A DNA stretch of 64,000 nt, from positions 87,873,921-87,937,920 of the forward strand of contig NC_092383.1 of the NCBI RefSeq assembly GCF_030028105.1. The letters run 5' to 3'. The notes below the pieces were generated by a model. That model made no database searches. It saw only the letters and a list, made by a program, of their open reading frames with translations, and had not been told where the DNA came from. Positions 47,301 to 56,600 of the stretch are shown piece after piece (position 1 is the stretch's first letter; each line of letters begins with the position of its first letter). Made by a program: the position numbers and the translations under genes. This DNA is from Mobula birostris (taxonomy: Eukaryota).

Positions 47301-50197
47301 GAGTTCCTCAAGCAGTTTGTTTTCCTTTCCCTTTTAGATTCCAGCATCTACAGTCTTTTATGCTTCCCTCTCAGCTGACCACTCCCCGAAGAATCTTACA
47401 TGTTTCAATAAGATCACCTTGCACATTTCTCAGAATGTGCATCGATGTCCGGCATTGCAAAGTGTTTAACCTTTTATTTTGTAGGACAATCCCTCCAGGC
47501 CTAGGATCATCCTGGTGACCCTTCTCCGAACTGCCTTAATGAAATCTTTTCTTAAATAGAAAGACCAAAATAATTTACAGTGCTCTAAATGAGGTCTCAT
47601 TAGTGACCAGAAGATGTCCCTACCATGATAGTCCAGCCTCAGTGCAGTGAGGGCCAACAGTCCATTTGCCTTCTCTACCTGGAGAACTATGTGCTGGCTT
47701 TCTGTGCACAAAGACACCCAGACCATGTTACACTGCAACTTTCTGCATTTTCCTCCCTATTCAAATTATTTTAATGTTCTTTTGCCCATCCTTCCAAAAG
47801 TAAACAGCTTCACATTTTTGTCCACTCGTTTAATCTTTAAGAATCTCTGTGAAGTATTACAGCTTGCTTTCCTACCTACCTTTGCAATGAGTCATCGAGT
47901 ATTAGAAAAGTACAGGACAGAAACAGGACCTTCAGCACATCCAGTCCATGCCAAACCATTAATACTGATTTTTCCCATCGGCCTGCACCCAAATCATAGC
48001 ATTCCATACCCCTCCCGTCCATGTAGCTATCCAAATTCCTCTTAAACGTTGACATCAAGCTCGCATGCAACAGCTGTGCTGGCAGCTTATTCCACACTCC
48101 CATGACCATCTAAGTGAAGAAGTTTCCCCTCATGTTCCCCTCAAACATTTCACCTTTCACCCTTAACACATGATTAGTTGTAGTCCCACCCAACCTCAGT
48201 GGAAAAGGCCTACTTGCACTTACCCAATAACTTTATATACCTCTGTCAAATCGCTCTTCAACCTTCTATGTTCCAAGGAATAAAGCACTAACCTATTGAA
48301 TCTTACCTTATAATACTGACCTCCAGTACCAGCAACATCCATGTAAATTTTCTCTGTACTCTTTCAACATTACTTACATCTTTCCAGTAGGTAAGTGACC
48401 AAAAACATTGTCTGCAAGTGTGGCCAAATGCCTTTCTTTCCTACCTCCAAGTTTTTTGCCAGATAGTGCAAACAGCAGTGAGCCAACCCTGACACCCTGC
48501 ACTGATCATTCACTGGTAATTTGAAAATGAACCCGTTGTCCCTATTCACTTCCTACCTGTTGATCATTTCTCTCTCCATGTCAATGTAAAGATAAAAGAT
48601 CTTTATAAAGCTTAGCTTTATTTGTCACATGTACCTCAAAACGTAGTGAAACGAGTTGTTTGCTTCAACAGCCAACACAGTTCAAGGATGTGCTGGCGGC
48701 AGCCCGAAAGAGTCACCATGTTTCCAGTACCATGGCATGCCCACAACTCACTAACCCCAACCCACAGGTATTTTGAAAGTGGGAGGGAACTGGAACTCCC
48801 CACACGGTCACAGGGAGAACGTACAAACTCCTTACAGACAGTGGCAGGAATCGAACCCAGGTTGTTGACGTCCTATCCTATTCAATATTATGAAGTAGTG
48901 TTACGCTAACCACTATGCTGCCATGCCACCCTGTTAATTCAGCAACCATATCCTTTAGTATCCTAGGATGCAGATCATCTGGTCCGGGGAAATGCCGAGT
49001 GCAAATTCCCCAAGATTGGTGATGGTATTTCATTCCTCTCTGTCAATAGTCTGTATTAATATGATGTTCACAATATCTTTAACCATAAAGACATTTTAAT
49101 TCTCCGTTTCATCAGATTCAATTCATCATTACTGACTTATATAATGTGAAATTTGTTGTTTTGCATCAGCAGTGCAATGCAAAGGCAAAAAATTCCTCTG
49201 TTACACAAAAAAAAGTCAAAAAAGTATAAACCTAAATTCCTGTACTTTCTCCCCCTCTCTCTTCTCCCTTTTTCAATTCTTTATTCTGGCTGCCTTCTTA
49301 CCCCCTCCGTGCTCCTCACCTGCCAATCACTTCCCCCTGGTGTCCGTCCTCCTTCCCTTTCATCCATGATCCATTCTCCTCTCCTTCAGCCATTACCTTT
49401 CCATCGGTCATCTCCCAGCTTCTCCTTTCATCCCCCCTCCTCCCACACACACCTTCCCTCTCACCTTGCTTCACGCAACATCTGCCAGCTTGTATCCCTT
49501 CCCCTCCCCTAACCTTCTCCATCCCCATCCTTTCCAGTCCTCATGAAGGGTCTCAGCTTGTAATGCTGACTGCTTATTCCTGTCCATCAGCCCTGCCTGG
49601 CGTGCTGAATTCGTCCATCGTGTTGTGTCTGTTGCTCTGGATTTCCAGCATCTGCAGAATCTCTTGTATTAGTAACAAGGTAGTGTTCATGGGTTTATGT
49701 ACCACCCAAGAATCAGAAGGCAGAGGGGAAGGAACTGTGTCCTGTTCCTGAATCTTTGAGTATGGGTCTTCAGGATCCTGTGTCTCCTCCCTGACTGTAG
49801 TAACAAGAAGTCACGTCCTGGATGGCGTTTCTTTGCTCCCCATAACATTTCCCCAGGCTCACTTTCTATGTTTACATAGATTTTTTTTCTCTTTATAGAC
49901 CTTAGAAAAGCTCTTAGGGTTTGTTTACGTACTCTGTGTTGGTTTACTTACTCTCGCATTCTTCTCACTGATGTTGTCTTCTGCTGTTTTCTGAGGTCAC
50001 CCACTTGTCATCAGTCCACCACTAACTATATTTCTCACTTTACCATATAGGAAATGCCGGTGGTGTATGCCAGTGTGAAGCATCACAGAGACGACGTGGA
50101 AAACACGTACGTGAATCTTCGGGTTCAAGATGCTCCTGGAAGAGCCAGAACACAACGTGCCTCAGAAACTGTGACATATTCAGCAGTTGCTCACTAA
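23275..50197 (+). CDS. CD300/CMRF35-like (pIgR/TREM-related) single V-Ig-domain inhibitory receptor, 6 coding exons, about 282 aa
   Basis: Join 23275-23371, 31894-32217, 36549-36675, 43067-43182, 46576-46613, 50051-50197. All introns are GT-AG and the phases (1,1,2,1,0) are compatible. The 849 nt form an open frame ending in TAA. Domain order is leader, V-Ig, S/T stalk, TM, ITIM tail. The family is recognised but the orthologue cannot be assigned. Confidence 0.88.
24790..25630 (+). mobile_element. Old Rex1/L2-like LINE 3' fragment
   Basis: APQGCVPSPLL...LIK...LELNALKTMELYINFR, and a ...aataaagctgat tail. Confidence 0.7.
28200..29355. mobile_element. Rex1/Babar-type fragments: antisense about 28200-28960, sense about 28940-29355 with a (GACTT)n tail
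   Basis: KFADGTAIVGR, NFKFLGVH; tail aataaaaagtgacttgacttgacttgacttga. Confidence 0.75.
29401..30025 (-). mobile_element. Apparently full-length 625-bp non-autonomous retroelement with a 13-bp TSD
   Basis: ctttatactttat flanks both sides (29388-29400, 30026-30038); GC-rich 5' end ggcgggaggagaagatggc; caataaaagagg near the 3' end. Confidence 0.75.
30056..30618 (+). mobile_element. Rex1/Babar-type LINE 3' end
   Basis: ...SSITVWFGSAT...RLQRTVRAAERIIG...DPSHPGHHLF; (GATTCT)n tail. Confidence 0.85.
30620..31605 (-). mobile_element. Rex1/Babar-type LINE RT-3' portion, well preserved
   Basis: GAPQGCVLSPLLYSLYTHDC...KFADDTTIVGRI...LNVSKMKELVVDFRR (ORF 31115-31645) and the C-terminus (30808-31125). 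Confidence 0.92.
31894..32217 (+). CDS. Exon 2: V-type Ig domain of the CD300/pIgR family
   Basis: Acceptor aatctcttcacag|gc and donor gaag|gtacg, phase 1-1. Translation STALTGPKKVRGVVGESVTVECRYDQKYKDYVKKWCRGDSNIGCSAVV...DEGLYQCIIQ...LEISE has the canonical C and DxGxYxC plus the extra WC...C pair typical of CD300/pIgR/TREM V domains. Confidence 0.95.
33300..34690 (-). mobile_element. Gypsy pol remnant (RT-RNase H-integrase)
   Basis: FLGMVIYL, FEVETDHKPLVS...RIQHMLRRLQKYD, HKGHLG-like segment, VVTNYFSNY. Confidence 0.8.
36290..36555 (-). mobile_element. CR1 3'-end fragment overlapping the exon 3 acceptor
   Basis: RC gives RNFFSQRIVKLWNPLPQTAVEA...FK; aligns by eye with the CR1 copies at 53740-54010 and 61040-61270. 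Confidence 0.8.
36549..36675 (+). CDS. Exon 3: mucin-like Ser/Thr-rich stalk (APEKKATTLEISTETIWTTSPQNEMSTRKAESTESSVSSHQI-R)
   Basis: Acceptor ctattccactttag|ct and donor atcag|gttagt. Phase 1 to 2 is exactly what is needed to join the V exon to the TM exon. 16 of 41 whole codons are S/T. Confidence 0.85.
37000..40775 (+). mobile_element. Near-full-length decayed CR1 (ORF1 SGNH-esterase-like part + ORF2 EN/RT)
   Basis: VVLHIGTND and LHLNPRG in ORF1; [45 protein letters not shown] and RGDLIE in ORF2; a short antisense insert at about 37947-38180. Confidence 0.9.
41600..42060. mobile_element. Old inverted pair of Penelope 3' ends
   Basis: Antisense arm (aaaatgctgaaggaactcag...gaagccagaataagaaggtggg) followed by a sense arm (ccaccttcttattctggcttc...ctcctccagcagtttgtgtgtgttg). 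Confidence 0.65.
42080..42960 (-). mobile_element. Rex1/Babar-type LINE fragment
   Basis: LNVSMTREMIIDFSR...NFKFLG; SGTVITPQPSGS 3' region. Confidence 0.75.
43067..43182 (+). CDS. Exon 4: transmembrane segment (MTLISQWHIILAIALSVLFLLLITAMIICAKLRQKIKT)
   Basis: Acceptor gaattttgcag|g and donor actg|gtaagt. About 22 hydrophobic residues with no charged residue, followed by the basic stop-transfer sequence KLRQKIK. Confidence 0.92.
43617..43870 (-). mobile_element. RTE-clade LINE 3' end with a (TAG)n tail
   Basis: LVIWEPKHGRMNPGRPPKT..., with ctactactactac at 43620-43640. Confidence 0.7.
45930..46300. repeat. Three diverged ~125-bp tandem units inside a non-autonomous repeat (about 45780-46410)
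   Basis: tttggca(c/t)(g/t)atttgttag recurs at 45937, 46066 and 46189 (spacing 129 and 123 bp). Confidence 0.75.
46576..46613 (+). CDS. Exon 5: short cytoplasmic exon (GTNGQRINGAENL)
   Basis: Strong acceptor tgttacattttccag|g and strong donor cta|gtaagt. The 38 nt convert phase 1 to phase 0, which matches the last exon. Confidence 0.75.
46745..47350 (+). mobile_element. Penelope 3' remnant (pyrimidine tract)
   Basis: ccaaactcaaaaagaacatcgcatagtctctggggagactacaacccaatggtatgaac, a C/T-rich tract, then ggcctgctgagttcctc. Confidence 0.65.
47400..48410 (-). mobile_element. CR1 3' fragments (two or more)
   Basis: LMRPHLEHC...FWS.YLRKD; VWNKLPA...TFKRNLD. Confidence 0.75.
48463..48515 (+). CDS. 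Candidate alternative cytoplasmic exon (DSANSSEPTLTPCTDHSL in the phase-1 frame)
   Basis: Acceptor ctttctttcctacctccaagttttttgccag| and donor ctg|gtaatt. 53 nt, open in phase 1 to 0, in non-repetitive sequence. Confidence 0.5.
48700..48930 (-). mobile_element. HE1/V-SINE-like SINE
   Basis: RC: cctgggttcgattcc (B box)...gagtttgtacgttctccctgtgaccgtgtggggagttcc. Confidence 0.7.
50051..50197 (+). CDS. Exon 6: ITIM-bearing tail (EMPVVYASVKHHRDDVENTYVNLRVQDAPGRARTQRASETVTYSAVAH*)
   Basis: Acceptor tttctcactttaccatatag|gaa, phase 0. VVYASV (50060-50077) and VTYSAV (50171-50188) fit the ITIM consensus; YVNL at 50108-50119; TAA at 50195-50197. Confidence 0.9.
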   Translation, partial: EMPVVYASVKHHRDDVENTYVNLRVQDAPGRARTQRASETVTYSAVAH

Positions 50198-50891
50198 TAA
50201 TCATTAACTCAAGCTCCAAAGAACACCCAGAAAACATCACAAATACGTTTCTTTGTGTGTTTCTTTGTTTTAGTGCAGCTGTTTCCCACAAGCCCTCAAC
50301 CATGACAGCATCCTATGGGGCTGTGTTGGACTGGTGCTGGGGCAAGCCACTGGCGGCCACATTGGTCTTCATCCCTCCTTGTCCTTGAACAAGCTCAAGG
50401 GTGTTCAGCAACCACGGGCTTGATGAGACCTGTAGGCAAGACAAGGTGGCATGGAGCCCAATGCTGGGGGACTGTTGAGCTGGGTGAGGGATGGCTGGCA
50501 GCTGGTGCTTGGGGTTGGGTTGGTAGTTATCGGGGGTTGGGTAGTGGAATGGGCTGACAGAATGCTTTCAGGTAATGGAGGTGACAAAGTGTTGAGGAAG
50601 TGGTGCAGAGGGAAGCTCATGGTGTGTTGGGGAGAGAAAAGTTGGAGTGGTTTGGGGGGAAAGGGGAGTTGCTAGGGTGCTGGGGAGGGGAAAGTTGGCA
50701 GCGCTGGGGAGGATGTAGTTGGCGGTGTCGAGGTGGAGGGAGTTGCCAGGGTGTTGGGGAGTGGTAAGTTGGCTTTGGGTGGGGAATGGAAAGGAAGGAG
50801 TTAGCAACGTGTGGGTGAAGGGGTGGCGAGTTGTTGATGTATTGGGGAGAGGCGAGGAAAATTGACAGTGTGTTGGGGCAGAGATAGTGGA

Positions 50892-51570
50892 AGTTGTCAG
50901 TATGTTGGGAGGAGGGAGTTCACAGTGTTGTGGAGCGGAGAAGAAGATGCTGTCAGTGTGTTGGTGAGGAGTTGTCAGTATGTTGGGAGGAGGGAGTTCA
51001 CAGTTTTATGGAGGGGAGAAGATGATGCTGTCAGTGTGTTGGTGGGTTATATTCAGTGTATTGGTGAAGAGTTGTCAGTATAGTCATAGTCATAGTCATA
51101 GGCATACTTTATTGATCCCGGGGTAAATTGACTTTCATTACAGTTGCACCATAAATAATAAATAGTAATAGAACCATAAATAGTTAAATAGTAATATGTA
51201 AATTATGCCAGTAAATTATGAAATAAGTCCAGGACCAGCCTATTGTCTCAGGGTGTCTGACCCTCCAAGGGAGGAGTTGTAAAGTTTGATGGCCACAGGC
51301 AGGAATGACTTCCTATGATGCTCTGTGCTGCATCTCGGTGGAATGAGTCTCTGGCTGAATGTACTCCTGTGCCCACCCAGTACATTATGTAGTGGATGGG
51401 AGACATTGACCAAGATGGCATGCAACTGAGACAGCATCCTCTGTTGGGAGGAGGAAGTTATCAGTGTTGTGGACGGGAGAAGGAGATGCTGTCAGTGTGT
51501 TGGTGGGTTATATTCAGTGTAATGGTGAGGAGTTGTCAATATGTTGGGAGGAAGGAGTTGTCAGTGTGTT
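50892..51570 (+). repeat. Purine-rich ~78-100-bp tandem repeat in the putative 3' UTR, split by an antisense Rex1 fragment (about 51081-51432)
   Basis: agttgtcagtatgttgggaggagggagtt... at 50892 and 50970. A third unit starts at 51070, breaks at an (agtcat)n tail and resumes as tgttgggaggagg at about 51443. Confidence 0.75.
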
Positions 51571-52282
51571 TGGGAAGAGGAAAAGAGACACTGGCAACAC
51601 ACACAAAATGCTAGAGGAACTCAGCAGGTCAGGTAGGGTCTATGGAGAGGAGTAAACAGTCAATGTTTTGGGGCAAAACGCTTCATAAGTCCCCAACACA
51701 CCGCTAGCATCTCCTTTCCAAATCCCCAACACACTGCCAACTTCTCCCCAACCCCTCCCCCAGCACAATGTACTTCACTCTATATCTTGATGTACATAGA
51801 TTGCTGAAACTTGGTACGAACCAGGAACTGCAGCCTAAAGTTGAACTACAGGAAACTGATGCCTGGTTACCAGCCTAACAACAATCCCATAGACTCCCAG
51901 ATAGAAAGTTTACCTGTGTACATAATAAGTTAAAAGCAGAAATGCACACAGCTCGTGAAACACACAATGAACTCTTCTAAGTAGAGAGGAGGATGTTCTC
52001 ATAAGCTAGTACCTGGGACTGGCAAAGATAGCTATCCATGGGTCCTTGAGGTGGGCAGCAGAGGGCTCTGCCCAGGCTGACTGCTTGGCGATCTTCCAGG
52101 GGTATATCTGTGTCCGTGGACAACAGTCACGCAGTGTTCTCGGGTACCATGGAAGGGTTCTGGGACTATTGAGCTCTGCAGGGGATAAATATATCATAGA
52201 CCGTGTTGGAAACATTTTAATTTTGTTCGAGTTAGTCATGGTATTGTCTCTGCTTTGTAGTATTGTAGAATTATAAAATTGC

Positions 52283-52311
52283 AATAAACATATTTTTGTA
52301 GTTAAAATAAA
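52283..52311 (+). other. Candidate polyadenylation signals of the receptor gene
   Basis: Two AATAAA (52283-52288, 52306-52311) in AT-rich unique sequence about 2.1 kb downstream of the stop codon; no transcript evidence. Confidence 0.3.
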
Positions 52312-52822
52312 ACAAAGTACCCAAACTTAAATGCACACAGAGGATGTAGACCCTGAAGCTTGACACTGTAAAAGCCTTACCTTGCTGAGAATACACCGCA
52401 CATGTGGTGGAGAGAGAGTGAGGGAAAGACAGATTTAAAAAATAGTATAAGAAGAATGAAAGCTGAATCAGAGAGCATTCCTTCTGGAATGAGTGACTCC
52501 TCTGTTGATGATGGCTTTTAATAAAGAGGAAGTTTGCTCTGAAGGTAAACCCGGAGTGTGTGTGAATTCTGTCTGTCTATGATTGGAGCTGCAGTCTGAG
52601 CCCACGAGAACACTGGACCTATGGAGCACCACCCGCTCTAGGAGCCCATTAATGCACCACCAGGAGAACCAACAAGAATCAGACATGTTGGCGGGAAGGT
52701 GTCCAGACAACCTTAGGGACAAACAGGGGCAAGTGAGAGAGGGTAACCTAATCAGTAATTCAAACCTGGGGAAATGGAAGAACTGGCAGGTCGGAACTGG
52801 AAACAAGAATCAGTAAATATGT

Positions 52823-53019
52823 AAACACGAAGAATTCTGCAGATGCTGGAAATTCAAGCAACACACATCAAAGTTGCTGGTGAACACCGCAGGCCCGGCA
52901 GCATCTCTAGGAAGAGGTACAGTCGATGTTTCAGGCCAAGACCTGACGAAGGCCCGAAACGTCGACTGTACCTCTTCCTAGAGATGCTGCCTGGCCTGCT
53001 GCGTTCACCAGCAACTTTG
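52823..53019. mobile_element. Second palindromic Penelope-terminus mini-element with a 14-bp TSD, in opposite orientation
   Basis: TSD atcagtaaatatgt at 52809-52822 and 53020-53033; inverted arms of about 75 bp; ctgacgaaggcccgaaacgtcgac at 52943-52966. Confidence 0.88.
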
Positions 53020-53689
53020 ATCAGTAAATATGTGTTGTATAGACCTACCACTGAGTTAGGAACTTATACAGAAATTTCAAGATCCAGTGGAAGACTCCAA
53101 TGGGGCCACTATTAAATACTAAGAGGCTATACCCCCCACTCTGGTGGCTCTTTCACATAACCTGCCCATCAACTCCCTCTGATACCCTACCTCCTTCCTT
53201 TTATTCTATGGTCCACTGTCATCTCCTATCAGATTCTGTCTTCTTCAGCCCTTCCAGCCATCGCTCTTCCTTTCTCCTGCCAGTCTGTGCTCCTCCCCAC
53301 CCCGCACACGCCCATTTGTTCTGGATTCTGTCCCCTTCCGTCCAGTTGCGATGGAGGCTTTCAACTAGAAACATCAACTGTTCATTCCCTCCATAGACGC
53401 TACCCGGCCTTTTGAATTCTTGCACCACTTTGCGTGTGTTGTTTAAAATTTCCAGCACCTGCATCTCCCTTGTGTCACTGGTAAGTCTCTGCGCCAAAGA
53501 CCTACTCATAGGATAGAATTTTGCCATTTAGCCCACCAAGTCGATCAAGGCTGATTTATTTTCCATCTCAAACCAATTTTCCTGCTTTTTTCCTGTAACC
53601 TTTGATGCCCATACTAATCATAAGCCTAAGCTCTGCTTTAAATACCATAGTGAAAGTAAATTTATTATCGAAGTATGTACTTAAGAGCA

Positions 53690-56600
53690 TAAGACTCTAA
53701 AACCATAAGAGCAGAATTAGGTTAATCAGCCCATTGAGACTGCTCCATCAATCGATCATGGCGGATCCCAGATCCCACTCAACCCCACACACCTGCCTTC
53801 TCACCATATCCTTTGATGCCCTGACCAATCAAGAAACTATCAACTTCTACTTTAAATACACCCACGAACTTGGTCTCCACCACAGTCTGTGGCAGAGCAT
53901 TCCACAGATTCACTACTCTCTGGCTAATAAAAATTCCTCCTTACCTCTTTTCTAAAAGGTCACCCCTCAATTTTGAGACTGTGCCCTCTAGTTCTAGATA
54001 GCCCCACCATAGGAAACATCCTCTTTATCTAGTCCTTTCAACATTCAGTAGGTTTCATTGAGATAACCCTATATTCATCTAAATTCCAGTGAGTACAGGC
54101 TCAAAGCTGCCAAACACGCCTCCTCTGTTAACCCTTTCATTCCCAGAATCATCCCTGTGTACCTCCTCTGGACTCTCTCCAATGACAACACATCCTTTCT
54201 GAGATATGAGGCCCAAAACTGTTGACAATACTCCAAGTGCAGCCTGACTAGTGCCTTATAAAGGCTCAGCATTATGTCCTTGCTTTTATATTCTATTCCC
54301 CTTGAAATAAATGCCAACATTGTACTTGCCTTCTTTTCCACAGACTCAACCTGTAAATTAACCTTCTGCTAGTTTGCACGAGGACTCCTAAGTCCCTCTG
54401 CACCTCTGATGTTTAAATTTTCTCCCCATTTAGATAATAATCTGCACTATTAAATTGACTTTGTTACTTACATCCCTCATATACATGAGGAGTAAAAATC
54501 TTTACGTTACTTCTCTGTCTAAATATGTAATGTGTAATTTATAGTCCATCTGCCATTTCTTTGTCCCCCATTACTACCTCAGCAGCATCATTTTCCAGTG
54601 GTCCAACATCAACTCTCACCTCCCTTTTACTCTTTATATAATTTAAAATACTTTTAGTATCCTGCTTTATATTATTGGCTAGTTTGTCCTTATATTTCAT
54701 CTTTTCCCTTTTATAGCTTTTTTAGTTGCCCTTGGTGGATTTTAAAAGCTTCCCAATCATCCAACTTCCCACTCACTTTTGCTACCTTATATGCCCTTTC
54801 CTTGGCTTTTATGCAATCCTTAACTTCCCTTGTCAGCCACGGTTGCCTACTCCTGTGATTCGAGAACTACTTCTTCTGTGGGGCATATCTATCCTGCGCC
54901 TTGTGAACTATTCTCAGAAACTTCAGCCATCTCTGAGCTGCTGTCATCCTCGCCAGTGTCCCCCTCCAATCCACCTGGACAAGCTCCTCTCTCATGTCGC
55001 TGTAATTCCATTTATTCCACTGTGATACTGATACATCTGACTTATGCTTCTCCCCCTCAAACTGCAGTATGAATTCAATCATATTATGATCACTGCCTCC
55101 TAAGGGTTCCTTTACGTTAAGCTCCCTAATAAGATCTGGGTTATTACACAACACCCAATCTAAGATAGCCTTTCCCCAAGTAGGCTTAAGCACAAGCTGC
55201 TCTAAGAAGCCATCTTGTAGGCTGTTACATGCCCAAGGAGATCTGTGTTTTTTTTGTGAGAATGATGTAATGGTCTTTTGGAGGTCACCTGATGTGATTT
55301 TCCCGCTGATGTGAGGTCACGTGATGACATGTACCATGGGTATATAAGGGTCGGCCCCAGATGACGCAGTTAGTTTTTAGTTTGTAGATTTCCAGGTAGA
55401 ACATGCTGCGTCTCCGTTTCGGTTGCGTTTGTTTTTGTGACGCAGTTTCATTTTTAAAACGGAGTGTTGCGTTCTGTTGCAAGATACAATATTATTGGAC
55501 TGGAAATTTTTGCTAGATGTGCTGATTTACCCTATTCCAGCAGTAGTAGGGGGAGTGAAGACTTCATCGAAGTACAGGACTCGAAGGATTGGAAGGAGTT
55601 GGCATCGTGTGGCAGTTTAACAAAGGATCGACCTTATTGAGTCTTCGTTGAAGGAGTAGCGACCTGCATCGAAGGTAACTCTTGCCAAAGGAGAAAAGAG
55701 TTCATGCAAAGGTTTGCTCTCTCTCTTTAAAAGGAAATTAAGATCAGTTGTTTTAAACTGTTTATTTACTGCATCGTGAATCCTTTGGACAGAACCAGCA
55801 GGAAAGTCACATCTATGAAGAAATCCTTCTCCAGAGAAGTCTCTCCCAATTGAACGTATAAATCTGTTGGACTTTCGAATTTACCATTTTAAGAACTATA
55901 TCTGACTGTATCGCTTTAAGAACTGTTTTCACATTTAACGCTTTAAGAACCAGTGCCAAGTGACAATTTGTTGAACAGCTGCATAACGGTTAACTTCTGG
56001 TTAAAGTTTTTGTATTTTTTTTTCCTTATCGTTTATCCGTGTTTAATAAATGTTTGGTTGTTTTTATATAACCTGTCTCGATTGATATTCATTGTTGCCG
56101 GTTACGTAACAAGGCATTCAACAAATTCCCTCCCTTGCAATCCAACACCAACCTGATTTTCCCAATCCCCTTACATATTAAAGTTTCCCATTACAATTAT
56201 GACATTACCCTTATTACATGCCTTTTTCAGCTCCCTTTGCAATCTCAACCCCAGATCTTGACTACTATTTGGAGGCCTATTAATGATTCCCATAATGTTT
56301 TTTTTTACTCTTGCTGTTTCTTAACCCTGTGCACAAAGATTCAACATTCTCTGACCCTATGTCACCTCCTTCTAAAGATGTAATTTCATCTCTTACCAAC
56401 ACAGTCACACTACCGCCTATGCCTTCCTGCCTGTCCTTTCAATATCAAGTATATCCTTTGATGTTAAGCTCCCCAACTTTGGCCTTCTTTCAGCCACGAC
56501 TCAGTGATGTCCACAACGTTATACTGACCAATCTCTAATTGCGCCATGAGTTCATCCACCTTATTCCAAATGCTATGCACATTTAAATACAGCACCTTCA

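Noticed and set aside
48967-49025. Possible cytoplasmic exon after tcctag
   Set aside because: Matches an antisense CR1 segment (cf. 62521-62550), has a poor polypyrimidine tract, and its phase does not fit the final exon.
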